32,000 bases of DNA from Kiritimatiella glycovorans. GTDB taxonomy: Bacteria > Verrucomicrobiota > Kiritimatiellia > Kiritimatiellales > Kiritimatiellaceae. Below the pieces are notes generated by a model that was given only the letters and a program-made list of their open reading frames with translations, did not search any database and was not told the DNA's origin. Shown one piece after another: positions 16,893-24,018 of this stretch (position 1 is the stretch's first letter; each line of letters begins with the position of its first letter). The DNA is taken from the NCBI RefSeq assembly GCF_001017655.1, contig NZ_CP010904.1, positions 420,001-452,000 on the forward strand, given 5' to 3'. Both the position numbers and the translations under genes were made by a program.

Positions 16893-18677
16893 TCAGCCGC
16901 GCATGACGGCGCCGAATTTGCAGACCTTGTAACATTCGCCGCACTTGATGCAGCGGTTGATATCGATCACGTGGGGCTTCTGCCGTTCGCCGGAAATGCA
17001 GTTCACCGGGCAGTGACGCGCGCACAGCGTGCAGCCGATGCACTTGTCAGGCAGGATGTAGTACTGCACCAGGTCCTTGCATTTTCCGGACGGACATTTT
17101 TTCTTTTTGATGTGCGCGGTCAGCTCGTCCTCGAAGTGGCGCAGAATCGAGGCCACGGGGTTGGACGCCGTCTGTCCCAGCCCGCACAGCGAAGCCCGCC
17201 GCATCGCCTGCGAGAGATCCCGGATCTTCTTGAGGTCCGCCATCTCCCCCTCACCGCGCGTAATGCGGTCGAGGATGTTGAACAGGGTCCGGCCGCCGAC
17301 GCGGCACGGGGCGCACTTCCCGCACGATTCCTCCACCGTGAATTCGAGATAGAACTTGGCGACGCTGACCATGCAGTCGTCCTCGTCCATCACGATCATG
17401 CCGCCCGATCCCATGATCGAGCCCAGCTTCTGGAGGTTCTCGTAATCGATCGGTGTGTCGAGGTGGTCGGCGGGGATGACGCCGCCGGACGGGCCGCCGG
17501 TCTGGACCGCCTTGAAGGCGCGGCCGTCTTTTATGCCGCCGCCGATGTCGTAGATGATCTCGCGCAGCGTGGTGCCCATCGGCACCTCAATAAGTCCGGA
17601 GTTGTTGATCTTGCCGGTCAGGGCGAAGACTTTCGTTCCCTTGGACGTCTCGGTGCCGATCTTCGAGAACCAGTCGCCGCCCCGCAGCAGGATCAGCGGC
17701 ACGTTGGCGAAGGTCTCGACATTGTTGATGACGGTCGGTTTGCCCCAGAGCCCCTTGACGGCGGGGAAGGGCGGCCGCGGGACGGGCATGCCGCGCCGGC
17801 CCTCGATGGAGGCCAGCAGGGCCGTCTCTTCTCCGCATACAAACGCCCCGGCCCCGAGCCGGATCTCGATGTCGAAGCCGAACCCGCTGCCGAGGATATC
17901 CTCGCCGAGCAGCCCGTATCCGCGCGCCTGCTCGATCGCGTTCTGGAGCCGCTCGATCGCCAGCGGATATTCGGCGCGGATGTAGATGTAGCCCCGCTGC
18001 GCGCCGACCGTGTACCCGGCGATCGTCATCGCCTCCAGCACGGAGTGGGGGTCGCCTTCCAGCGTGGAGCGGTCCATATAGGCCCCCGGATCGCCCTCGT
18101 CCGCGTTGCAGACCACGTACTTCTCTTCGCTTTCCGCCTTCCGGGTGAAAAGCCATTTCTTGGCGGTGAGGAATCCGGCGCCGCCGCGGCCGCGCAGCCC
18201 GGATTTCATCAGCTCATCAATGGTCCTGTCGGCCCCCAGCTCGAACAGCGCCTTCTCCAGGGCCGCATAACCCTCGCGGGCGATGTATTCGTCGATCGAA
18301 TCCGGATCGATCACCCCGCAGTTGCGCAGCACCAGCCGGAGCTGTTTGCGGTAAAACGGCAGATCCTCGGCGCGCTCCGCGCTTTGGTCCTCGCCGCGGT
18401 AGATCAGCCGTTCCACCGGCCGTCCCTTGACGAGGTGCTCGGAGGCAATCTCCTTCGCGTCGTCGGGGTCGACCTGCACATAAAACGTCTCGTCGGGAAG
18501 GATTTTGATGATGGGGCCCTTCTCGCAGAACCCGAAACAGCCGGTCTTTACGAGCTGAACGTCCTCCTGCAGACCCTCGCTGTGCAGCGCCCGGTTCAGT
18601 TCCTGGTACAGCGCGTTCCCCTTGTTCGATTCGCACGCCGTGCCGCTGCAGACGAGAATGTACTGTTTGTAAGCCAT
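16893..18677 (-). CDS. hndC: NuoF-like NAD(P)H-binding flavoprotein subunit of the hydrogenase (HndC/HydB)
   Basis: N-terminal thioredoxin-like 2Fe-2S domain (LVCSGTACESNKG...TGCFGFCEKGP), FMN/NADH site GLRGRGGAGF, N3 cluster ESCGKCAPCR, and C-terminal CIGCTLCARHCP and CIKCGECYKVC. Start is ATG 18677 (MAYKQYILV), 594 aa. Confidence 0.95.
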   Translation of the reverse strand: MAYKQYILVCSGTACESNKGNALYQELNRALHSEGLQEDVQLVKTGCFGFCEKGPIIKILPDETFYVQVDPDDAKEIASEHLVKGRPVERLIYRGEDQSAERAEDLPFYRKQLRLVLRNCGVIDPDSIDEYIAREGYAALEKALFELGADRTIDELMKSGLRGRGGAGFLTAKKWLFTRKAESEEKYVVCNADEGDPGAYMDRSTLEGDPHSVLEAMTIAGYTVGAQRGYIYIRAEYPLAIERLQNAIEQARGYGLLGEDILGSGFGFDIEIRLGAGAFVCGEETALLASIEGRRGMPVPRPPFPAVKGLWGKPTVINNVETFANVPLILLRGGDWFSKIGTETSKGTKVFALTGKINNSGLIEVPMGTTLREIIYDIGGGIKDGRAFKAVQTGGPSGGVIPADHLDTPIDYENLQKLGSIMGSGGMIVMDEDDCMVSVAKFYLEFTVEESCGKCAPCRVGGRTLFNILDRITRGEGEMADLKKIRDLSQAMRRASLCGLGQTASNPVASILRHFEDELTAHIKKKKCPSGKCKDLVQYYILPDKCIGCTLCARHCPVNCISGERQKPHVIDINRCIKCGECYKVCKFGAVMRG

Positions 18678-18690
18678 GAGTGGTTTCCTT

Positions 18691-19086
18691 TTATTCCGGT
18701 TGGACGATGTCTTCCGCCGGTTTGTCGTACACGTGTTCGTCAACGAGCCGGCCCTCGATCAGGTGTTCTTTGACGATCTTGCGCGCGGTGGCTCCATCGA
18801 CGTGCCCGTACACGACCGTGGGCATTCCCGGCGACTCCACTTCCACCGTCGGCTCGGAATAGCAGAGTCCCATGCAGCCCGTCTGCTTGACGACGGCGTC
18901 GTCGATGCCGCTCTTCTCGAGCTGGTCCAGCAGCGCGCTGAAGGTGTCCTTGGCCCCCGCCGCGATGCCGCAGGTGCCCATTCCCACGGTGACCACGATG
19001 TCTTTGCCTTCACTCTCGCGGCGCTTAATCTCGCGCTTTTTCTCGTCACGGAGTTTTCTCAGTTCGTCCAGCGTCAATCGGCTCAT
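18691..19086 (-). CDS. hndB: Small thioredoxin-like [2Fe-2S] ferredoxin subunit (HndB-like)
   Basis: VGMGTCGIAAGA...GCMGLCYSEP cysteine pattern. 131 aa from ATG 19086, with GGGAG upstream. Confidence 0.8.
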   Translation of the reverse strand: MSRLTLDELRKLRDEKKREIKRRESEGKDIVVTVGMGTCGIAAGAKDTFSALLDQLEKSGIDDAVVKQTGCMGLCYSEPTVEVESPGMPTVVYGHVDGATARKIVKEHLIEGRLVDEHVYDKPAEDIVQPE

Positions 19087-19114
19087 ATGCTCATCTCCCG
19101 CTTTTGCCGGCGCG

Positions 19115-19717
19115 TTATCCGGCCGCTTGATTCCCGTGCTCTTCAATGCCGTCGTGCGTTACGGCCTCGCGGCCGTCTGCCTCCAGTGTTCTTTCGCGTT
19201 CCAGCAGCTCACGGCGCGCCGCGTTCAGTGCGCGCGCCCGTTCCAGCCCTCCGAGGCGGGCGGCCAGGGACGAGCGCGCGACGGACCATGCGCGCGCTCC
19301 GCGTTCATGACGGATCCGGACCTCGTCCGCGCCCGGGATCCCGAGCGCCATCAGAAACGCCGTAACCCAGTCCCCTTCGGGCGGCGTGTCGATGTTCGTC
19401 CGGTCGAACCGCGCACGGACCCGGGTCCCTTCGCCCGGCTTTGAATCGATGTCCACCGCCCCGCCGGCACTCTCCGCCGCCTGCAGCGCGAAGGCCAGGC
19501 CCAGTCCCGCCTCGCGGCCCGGATGCGCGCCGCTGCCCGAGAAGCAGGGGTCGAGTGCGCGCAAACGCTCCGCCTCATCCATCCCGCGTCCGTCGTCCGC
19601 GACTTCAATCAATACTTCAGGACCCCGCTCCACGACCGCGAGATCGACTTCGCGCGACCCGGCTTCGGCCGCGTTCGCCGCCAGCTCGCTCAGGATGTCG
19701 CTTAACGTCGCGTGCAT
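19115..19717 (-). CDS. Stand-alone HATPase_c (GHKL ATPase) protein embedded in the hydrogenase operon; no DHp/His-phosphoacceptor or sensor domain
   Basis: The protein opens directly at the N-box (MHATLSDILSELAANAAEAG), followed by G1 DDGRGM and G2 GLGLAF...GGAVDIDSKPGEGTRVRARF. A ~95-aa C-terminal region has no motif I recognise. It lies 8 nt after the NuoE-like gene stop and 28 nt before hndB. Confidence 0.7.
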   Translation of the reverse strand: MHATLSDILSELAANAAEAGSREVDLAVVERGPEVLIEVADDGRGMDEAERLRALDPCFSGSGAHPGREAGLGLAFALQAAESAGGAVDIDSKPGEGTRVRARFDRTNIDTPPEGDWVTAFLMALGIPGADEVRIRHERGARAWSVARSSLAARLGGLERARALNAARRELLERERTLEADGREAVTHDGIEEHGNQAAG

Positions 19718-19724
19718 GACCCGA

Positions 19725-20270
19725 CTACGCCCCGCGGTATTGCGCCAGAATGTCCGGGAGGTCTTCCGGCGTCAGATTGCCGTGTACATGGCCGTTCACC
19801 GTAAGCACCGGCGCCAGCCCGCAGCAGCCGATGCAGCGGACGGCCTCCACCGAAAACTCCCCGTCCGGCGTGACCGTGTTCAACCCCACCCCCAGAAGCT
19901 GCTCCAGCTCGGTGATGAGATCTTCGGCCCCCTTCAGATAACAGGCCGTCCCCATGCAGACCGCGATCCGGTTCCGGCCCGGTTCCTGCAGCTTGAACAG
20001 GTGGTAAAACGTGATCACCCCGAATACCCGCGCCGGCGGGACGGAAAGAAGCTCCGCCACCTCGAAGGCCGCCTGCCGCGGAATGTACCCGAAATGCTCC
20101 TGAACCTTGTGCAGCACCATGATCAGGCTGCCCGGACGTTCGGCCCACTCCTCCGCGTAGCCGCGCAGCTCAGGCGTCAGCACCCGCTCCGTCTCCTGCT
20201 TTTCACTCACGGATCCGCCCTCCATCAAGTCGTTAATGCCGGATTGATTTTCGTCAACGTGTGTGCTCAT
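19725..20270 (-). CDS. hndA: NuoE-like [2Fe-2S] subunit of the hydrogenase (HndA/HydC)
   Basis: CMGTACYLKG...CIGCCGLAPV cluster motif. 181 aa. First gene of the minus-strand operon. Confidence 0.9.
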   Translation of the reverse strand: MSTHVDENQSGINDLMEGGSVSEKQETERVLTPELRGYAEEWAERPGSLIMVLHKVQEHFGYIPRQAAFEVAELLSVPPARVFGVITFYHLFKLQEPGRNRIAVCMGTACYLKGAEDLITELEQLLGVGLNTVTPDGEFSVEAVRCIGCCGLAPVLTVNGHVHGNLTPEDLPDILAQYRGA

Positions 20271-20377
20271 AATGACCGCTCAGGACAGAACATCAAGCTT
20301 AAAAGACAGAATTTAAGAAAATAATCTTATAAAAAATTACGAAATCACAATAAAACACATTCTGGTGACATATAAAT

Positions 20378-20402
20378 TTGTTGACTTCTTGATAAGTCAC
20401 AA
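20378..20402. promoter_or_regulatory. Imperfect inverted repeat TTGTTGAC-N10-GTCACAA overlapping the rex promoter (possible non-canonical Rex operator)
   Basis: The half-sites resemble the TTGTGA/TCACAA arms of Rex boxes, but the left arm has one extra base and the spacing is longer than the canonical TTGTGAA-N6-TTCACAA. It lies in the divergent control region. Confidence 0.3.
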
Positions 20403-20408
20403 TGTAAT
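20381..20408 (+). promoter_or_regulatory. Sigma70-like promoter for the rex operon
   Basis: TTGACT (20381..20386), 16-nt spacer, TGTAAT (20403..20408). GGAGG at 20443..20447 is followed by GTG 20457. Confidence 0.45.
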
Positions 20409-20456
20409 TTCTAAGAGTGTTGTTCGGGTCTTTATAAGTTACGGAGGTGGCATAAA

Positions 20457-21104
20457 GTGAATAGAGAGACGGTACAACGGTTGTCCCAGTACAAGAACGT
20501 ATTGCATAAACTCAAGTCTTTAGGGTTCGTGAGGGTGTTTTCGGATAATCTCGCGGATGCGCTGGGGGTTTCGGCTTCGCTGGTGAGGAAGGATTTTTCG
20601 ACCTTCGGGTTCACGGGCAACAAGCGCGGCGGGTACCGGATCGACGAGCTTCTGGAGAAGATGGACCGTCTTTTCGGGAAGAACGAGATCAAGCGGATCG
20701 TGGTGGTCGGATGCGGGAAGATCGGCATGGCGCTGATCAATCATCACGGGTTCGCCCGCGAGGGCATTCGGGTGCTGGCGGGATTCGACACGGATCCGGA
20801 GGTGATCAACCCGGAGGCTTCGTTCCCGATCTACGATGTGAGCGAGCTTCCCGAATTCGTAAAGCGCGAAAAAATCTCGGTGGCGGCGATGGCCGTGCCG
20901 GAGGGCGCCGCGGGTCGCGTGCTGGATACGCTCGTGGAATGCGGAATCCACGGCGTCCTGAATTTCACCCCGCTCCAGCTTAAGAGCCGCGAGGATTGCG
21001 TCATTCACAACATCAACATCGCGATGGAGATCGAAAAACTGTTCTACCTGCTGCGCTTCAATGAAAATGCGGGGCAGGACAAGGTGAAGGCGCCGGCTTC
21101 ATGA
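20457..21104 (+). CDS. rex: Redox-sensing transcriptional repressor Rex
   Basis: Winged-helix N-terminus (RLSQYKNVLHKLKSLGFVRVFSDNLADALGVSASLVRKDFSTFG) and Rossmann motif VVGCGKIGMAL. 215 aa with a GTG start. Confidence 0.9.
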   Translation: MNRETVQRLSQYKNVLHKLKSLGFVRVFSDNLADALGVSASLVRKDFSTFGFTGNKRGGYRIDELLEKMDRLFGKNEIKRIVVVGCGKIGMALINHHGFAREGIRVLAGFDTDPEVINPEASFPIYDVSELPEFVKREKISVAAMAVPEGAAGRVLDTLVECGIHGVLNFTPLQLKSREDCVIHNINIAMEIEKLFYLLRFNENAGQDKVKAPAS

Positions 21105-21448
21105 AGCTTCCCGACCTTGCGGCGGAGCTCGGATTCGAAATACGGGTCCGGGCCGATTCGTGGAGCCGGGTCGAAGTGACCCGCGTGATGGCCTCCGACC
21201 TGATGAGCGACGTGTTGACGGAGGAGGGGGATCGCACGCTGCTGGTTTCGGCGCTGGCCTCGGATCAGACATTGCGGACGGCCCACCTGATCGACGCCGC
21301 GGCCGTGCTCGTGACGCGCGGAAAGCGGCTCCCGGAATCCATGGAAGAGCTGTCGCAGGAACTTTCCGTCAACCTCCTGCGCACCCCCGCGTCCACGTAT
21401 GAGACCTGCGTGCACCTGGGAAGACTGCTGGGAGCCCCGCAGGGATGA
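21101..21448 (+). CDS. DRTGG-domain protein (copy 1)
   Basis: 115 aa. ...VMASDLMSDVLTEEGDRTLLVSALASDQTLRTAHLIDAAAVLVTRGKRLP... fits the DRTGG fold pattern. ATGA overlap with the rex stop. Confidence 0.65.
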   Translation: MKLPDLAAELGFEIRVRADSWSRVEVTRVMASDLMSDVLTEEGDRTLLVSALASDQTLRTAHLIDAAAVLVTRGKRLPESMEELSQELSVNLLRTPASTYETCVHLGRLLGAPQG

Positions 21449-21469
21449 GGCCGGCGGGAGAGAGGTTGA

Positions 21470-22402
21470 ATGAACGGGAGACGAGCGCCGGTGAACCATC
21501 AGGCGGATGAACCGTCCCCTATGCTCGTGCTGGACCTTCTGGTCAGGCTCAAGGTCCGCGATGTCATGTCGTCCCGCCTGATCACGGCACGCCGCGGCGA
21601 CCGGCTCAGCCGGGTGCGCGCCCTGATGCGCGAGCACGGCATCACGGGCGTGCCGATCGTCGAAGCGCGACGCCTGTGCGGACTGGTTACGCTGGAGACG
21701 ATGATCCGCGCCCTGGAGCAGGGGTTCATGGAGGAGCCGGCGGGCGCCCACATGGCGGCCGGCCTGGTCTGCCTGGAGGAGCAGATGCCGCTGTCGTTCG
21801 CGATCTCCTACTTCGATAAATATTCGTACCGCCATTTTCCCGTCCTGAACGAGCACCGTGAACTGGCCGGGATCGTAACCGCAAAAGATATCAATACGGC
21901 CCTGCTCGGCGAATTGCTGAAGACTCTGCGTTCACGCGAGGCGGAGGAGCCGGAAGCCGCAGCCGGGGTGGAGCCGGGTCGCTGGGCAAAGACGTACCGG
22001 CTGGAGCGCTACGACTTCGAAAACGCGGGCCGCGCTTCGACGGAGATCAAGTCGCGCCTCCGCGAGGCGGGACTGCCCGGCGCCTGGATCCGCCGCGTAA
22101 CGATCGCAGTCTATGAAATGGAAATGAACCTGGTCGCCCACTCGTACGGGGGAACCCTCTCCTTCCAACTCGACCGGGAAGGCGCGGAGATGCGCGCGGA
22201 AGACACCGGCCCGGGCATCGCGGACACGGCCCGGGCGCTGGAGGAAGGGTACTCCACGGCCACGGAGTGGATCCGTTCACTGGGATTCGGCGCCGGGATG
22301 GGTCTGCCGAATATACGCCGCGTCGCGGACGCGTTCGATATCGAGTCGGGGGCAGGGGAGGGGACCCGCGTGCACGCCGCCATCAGACTGAAGGAGGAAT
22401 GA
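21470..22402 (+). CDS. CBS-pair protein fused to an RsbW/SpoIIAB-like HATPase (putative Ser/Thr kinase-type regulator)
   Basis: Two CBS motifs (VRDVMSSRLITA...GITGVPIVE and HFPVLNEHRELAGIVTAKDI), then VYEMEMNLVAHS, EDTGPGI and GFGAGMGLPN. There is no DHp domain. Confidence 0.75.
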   Translation: MNGRRAPVNHQADEPSPMLVLDLLVRLKVRDVMSSRLITARRGDRLSRVRALMREHGITGVPIVEARRLCGLVTLETMIRALEQGFMEEPAGAHMAAGLVCLEEQMPLSFAISYFDKYSYRHFPVLNEHRELAGIVTAKDINTALLGELLKTLRSREAEEPEAAAGVEPGRWAKTYRLERYDFENAGRASTEIKSRLREAGLPGAWIRRVTIAVYEMEMNLVAHSYGGTLSFQLDREGAEMRAEDTGPGIADTARALEEGYSTATEWIRSLGFGAGMGLPNIRRVADAFDIESGAGEGTRVHAAIRLKEE

Positions 22403-22405
22403 ACG

Positions 22406-22765
22406 ATGAATACGACAGACCTTAAATCGATCGAGGGGTTCGAGGAGCTGCTGGCGGCTCCCGAGCCGGGGACGATCCGGACCGCCTACTGCTCCGATCT
22501 GCTGAGCGATGTCATGGGCCATGCGCCCGCGGACTCGGTGCTGGTCACGGTGCAGGCGCACAAAAATACCGTCGCCGTCGCCAACCTGGCCGGCGTGCGC
22601 GCGCTCGTCCTCTGCAACGGCCGCGCCTTTCCCGACGATGCGCTCGAGGCCGCCCGCCGCGCGGAACTCGCGGTTTTCGCGACCGCCGATTCGCAGTTCA
22701 TCGCCTCCTGCCGGATCTACGAGGCGCTGGGGCGGCCGCTTTCCGACCTCGCCGCCGCGCGCTGA
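22406..22765 (+). CDS. DRTGG-domain protein (copy 2)
   Basis: 119 aa. ...AYCSDLLSDVMGHAPADSVLVTVQAHKNTVAVANLAGVRALVLCNGRAFP... is paralogous in pattern to 21101..21448. It starts 3 nt after the preceding stop. Confidence 0.65.
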   Translation: MNTTDLKSIEGFEELLAAPEPGTIRTAYCSDLLSDVMGHAPADSVLVTVQAHKNTVAVANLAGVRALVLCNGRAFPDDALEAARRAELAVFATADSQFIASCRIYEALGRPLSDLAAAR

Positions 22766-24018
22766 ACCGCCGGGACGGAAAGGGCCATGTGCGCCGCTCC
22801 ACGGACCGGGTCGGCGGGCCGGGTCGGCAGTTCGCCCGCCCCGAGTTTCGATTCAAGATGCCGGACCCAGGCGGCGTTGCGCGCACCGCCGCCGGAGGCC
22901 AGGTAAACCGGCTTATGGTCTGCGCGAAGCGTATCGACGGCTCCGGCCATTCGCGCGCAGAGCCAGTCGATCACCCCCGCCGCCTTCTCTTCGTTTGAGA
23001 CCGCCCCCTCCCAGGAGATTGCACCCTTCCGAACGTGCAGTGTGGCGGCAATACGCCCCGACTCCAGCCCCGCTCCCGCGAGCCGGAAGAATTCGCCGAA
23101 TCCCCCCGCAAGCTCCAGTTGTTCAATGGCCCGGGAGATCAGATTGCCGCCGTAGTCATCGGCGATCATGCGGTAGTACCCCCCGCCGGGGAAGGGGCCG
23201 CGGACCAGACCGGATCGCGCCGCAGGCTTTCCATCAACCCTCTGGTAGACCACCTGGGCGGTCCCCAGCGTGACCAGCATCGCATCGGGTTCCAGCCCGG
23301 CGGCATAGCCCGCCGCCGTCTGGTCGTTGCCGGCGCAGACGACGGGGATCCCCGCCGGAAGATCGAACGGGTTATTTTCTACGGTCTGTCCCGCCGGCGC
23401 GCCGGTTGGGATGACCACGGGGAGCTGCCCGGCCTTGATCCCCGCCCAAATGAGAAAGGGCGCGTGCCAGGAGTCGGTCTGAAGCGAATAGAGTCCCGTC
23501 ATGGCCGCCAGGTTCGCGTCGATCGCCGTGCGGCCCGTCAGTGCGCGGGTTATGCAGGCGGGCAGGGGAAGGATCTCATGGTTCTGATGCAACACCCCCT
23601 GGCGGCTTAGGGCCTTCAGCAGGCAGACCAGCAGCCCGGCGAGGGGTTCGTGAAAACTGCTGTGGTACGCGAAATCAGGGAGCTCGGTCCGGGCCGTCCG
23701 GGCCAGAGCCGCGGCGCGCCGATCCTGCCAGCTGATAAAGGGGAGCACGGCCGTGTCCTTTTCGTCGCAGGCCGTGAAGGTCTGGGCCTGGCTTGTCAGC
23801 ACGACGGCTTCAGTATGAGAGGCCTGCGAACCCGCGGCGTCAAGGCTCTGGAGGATGGCGGACGCCAGGCATTCCCGCGCGGCCTCGACCTCGAACGTTA
23901 CATGCTCGCCGGTTTCACGGTAGGGGAGATAAGCCGACCCCTCGCCCCGCATAGTCATCGTCTCGTCAAATAACGCCGCCTTGAAACTCGTCGAGCCGAG
24001 ATCGATCGCCAGAATCAT
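22717..24018 (-). CDS. FGGY-family carbohydrate kinase (short, 433 aa)
   Basis: N-terminal AIDLGSTSFK (phosphate-1 motif of the actin-like fold) and C-terminal ASGGGARNAAW. The start overlaps the upstream gene's stop (ATGA at 24015..24018). Confidence 0.8.
   Translation of the reverse strand: MILAIDLGSTSFKAALFDETMTMRGEGSAYLPYRETGEHVTFEVEAARECLASAILQSLDAAGSQASHTEAVVLTSQAQTFTACDEKDTAVLPFISWQDRRAAALARTARTELPDFAYHSSFHEPLAGLLVCLLKALSRQGVLHQNHEILPLPACITRALTGRTAIDANLAAMTGLYSLQTDSWHAPFLIWAGIKAGQLPVVIPTGAPAGQTVENNPFDLPAGIPVVCAGNDQTAAGYAAGLEPDAMLVTLGTAQVVYQRVDGKPAARSGLVRGPFPGGGYYRMIADDYGGNLISRAIEQLELAGGFGEFFRLAGAGLESGRIAATLHVRKGAISWEGAVSNEEKAAGVIDWLCARMAGAVDTLRADHKPVYLASGGGARNAAWVRHLESKLGAGELPTRPADPVRGAAHMALSVPAVQRAAARSESGRPSAS

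Noticed and set aside
16971-18773. 600-aa ORF on the plus strand
   Set aside because: It is antisense to the NuoF-like hydrogenase subunit, which has unmistakable cofactor motifs. It is Arg/Ala/Gly/Asp/Leu-rich with no motifs.
20271-20456. Canonical Rex operator (TTGTGAA-N6-TTCACAA)
   Set aside because: I searched both strands by eye and found none with that spacing. Only the wider, imperfect TTGTTGAC-N10-GTCACAA is present, reported at low confidence.
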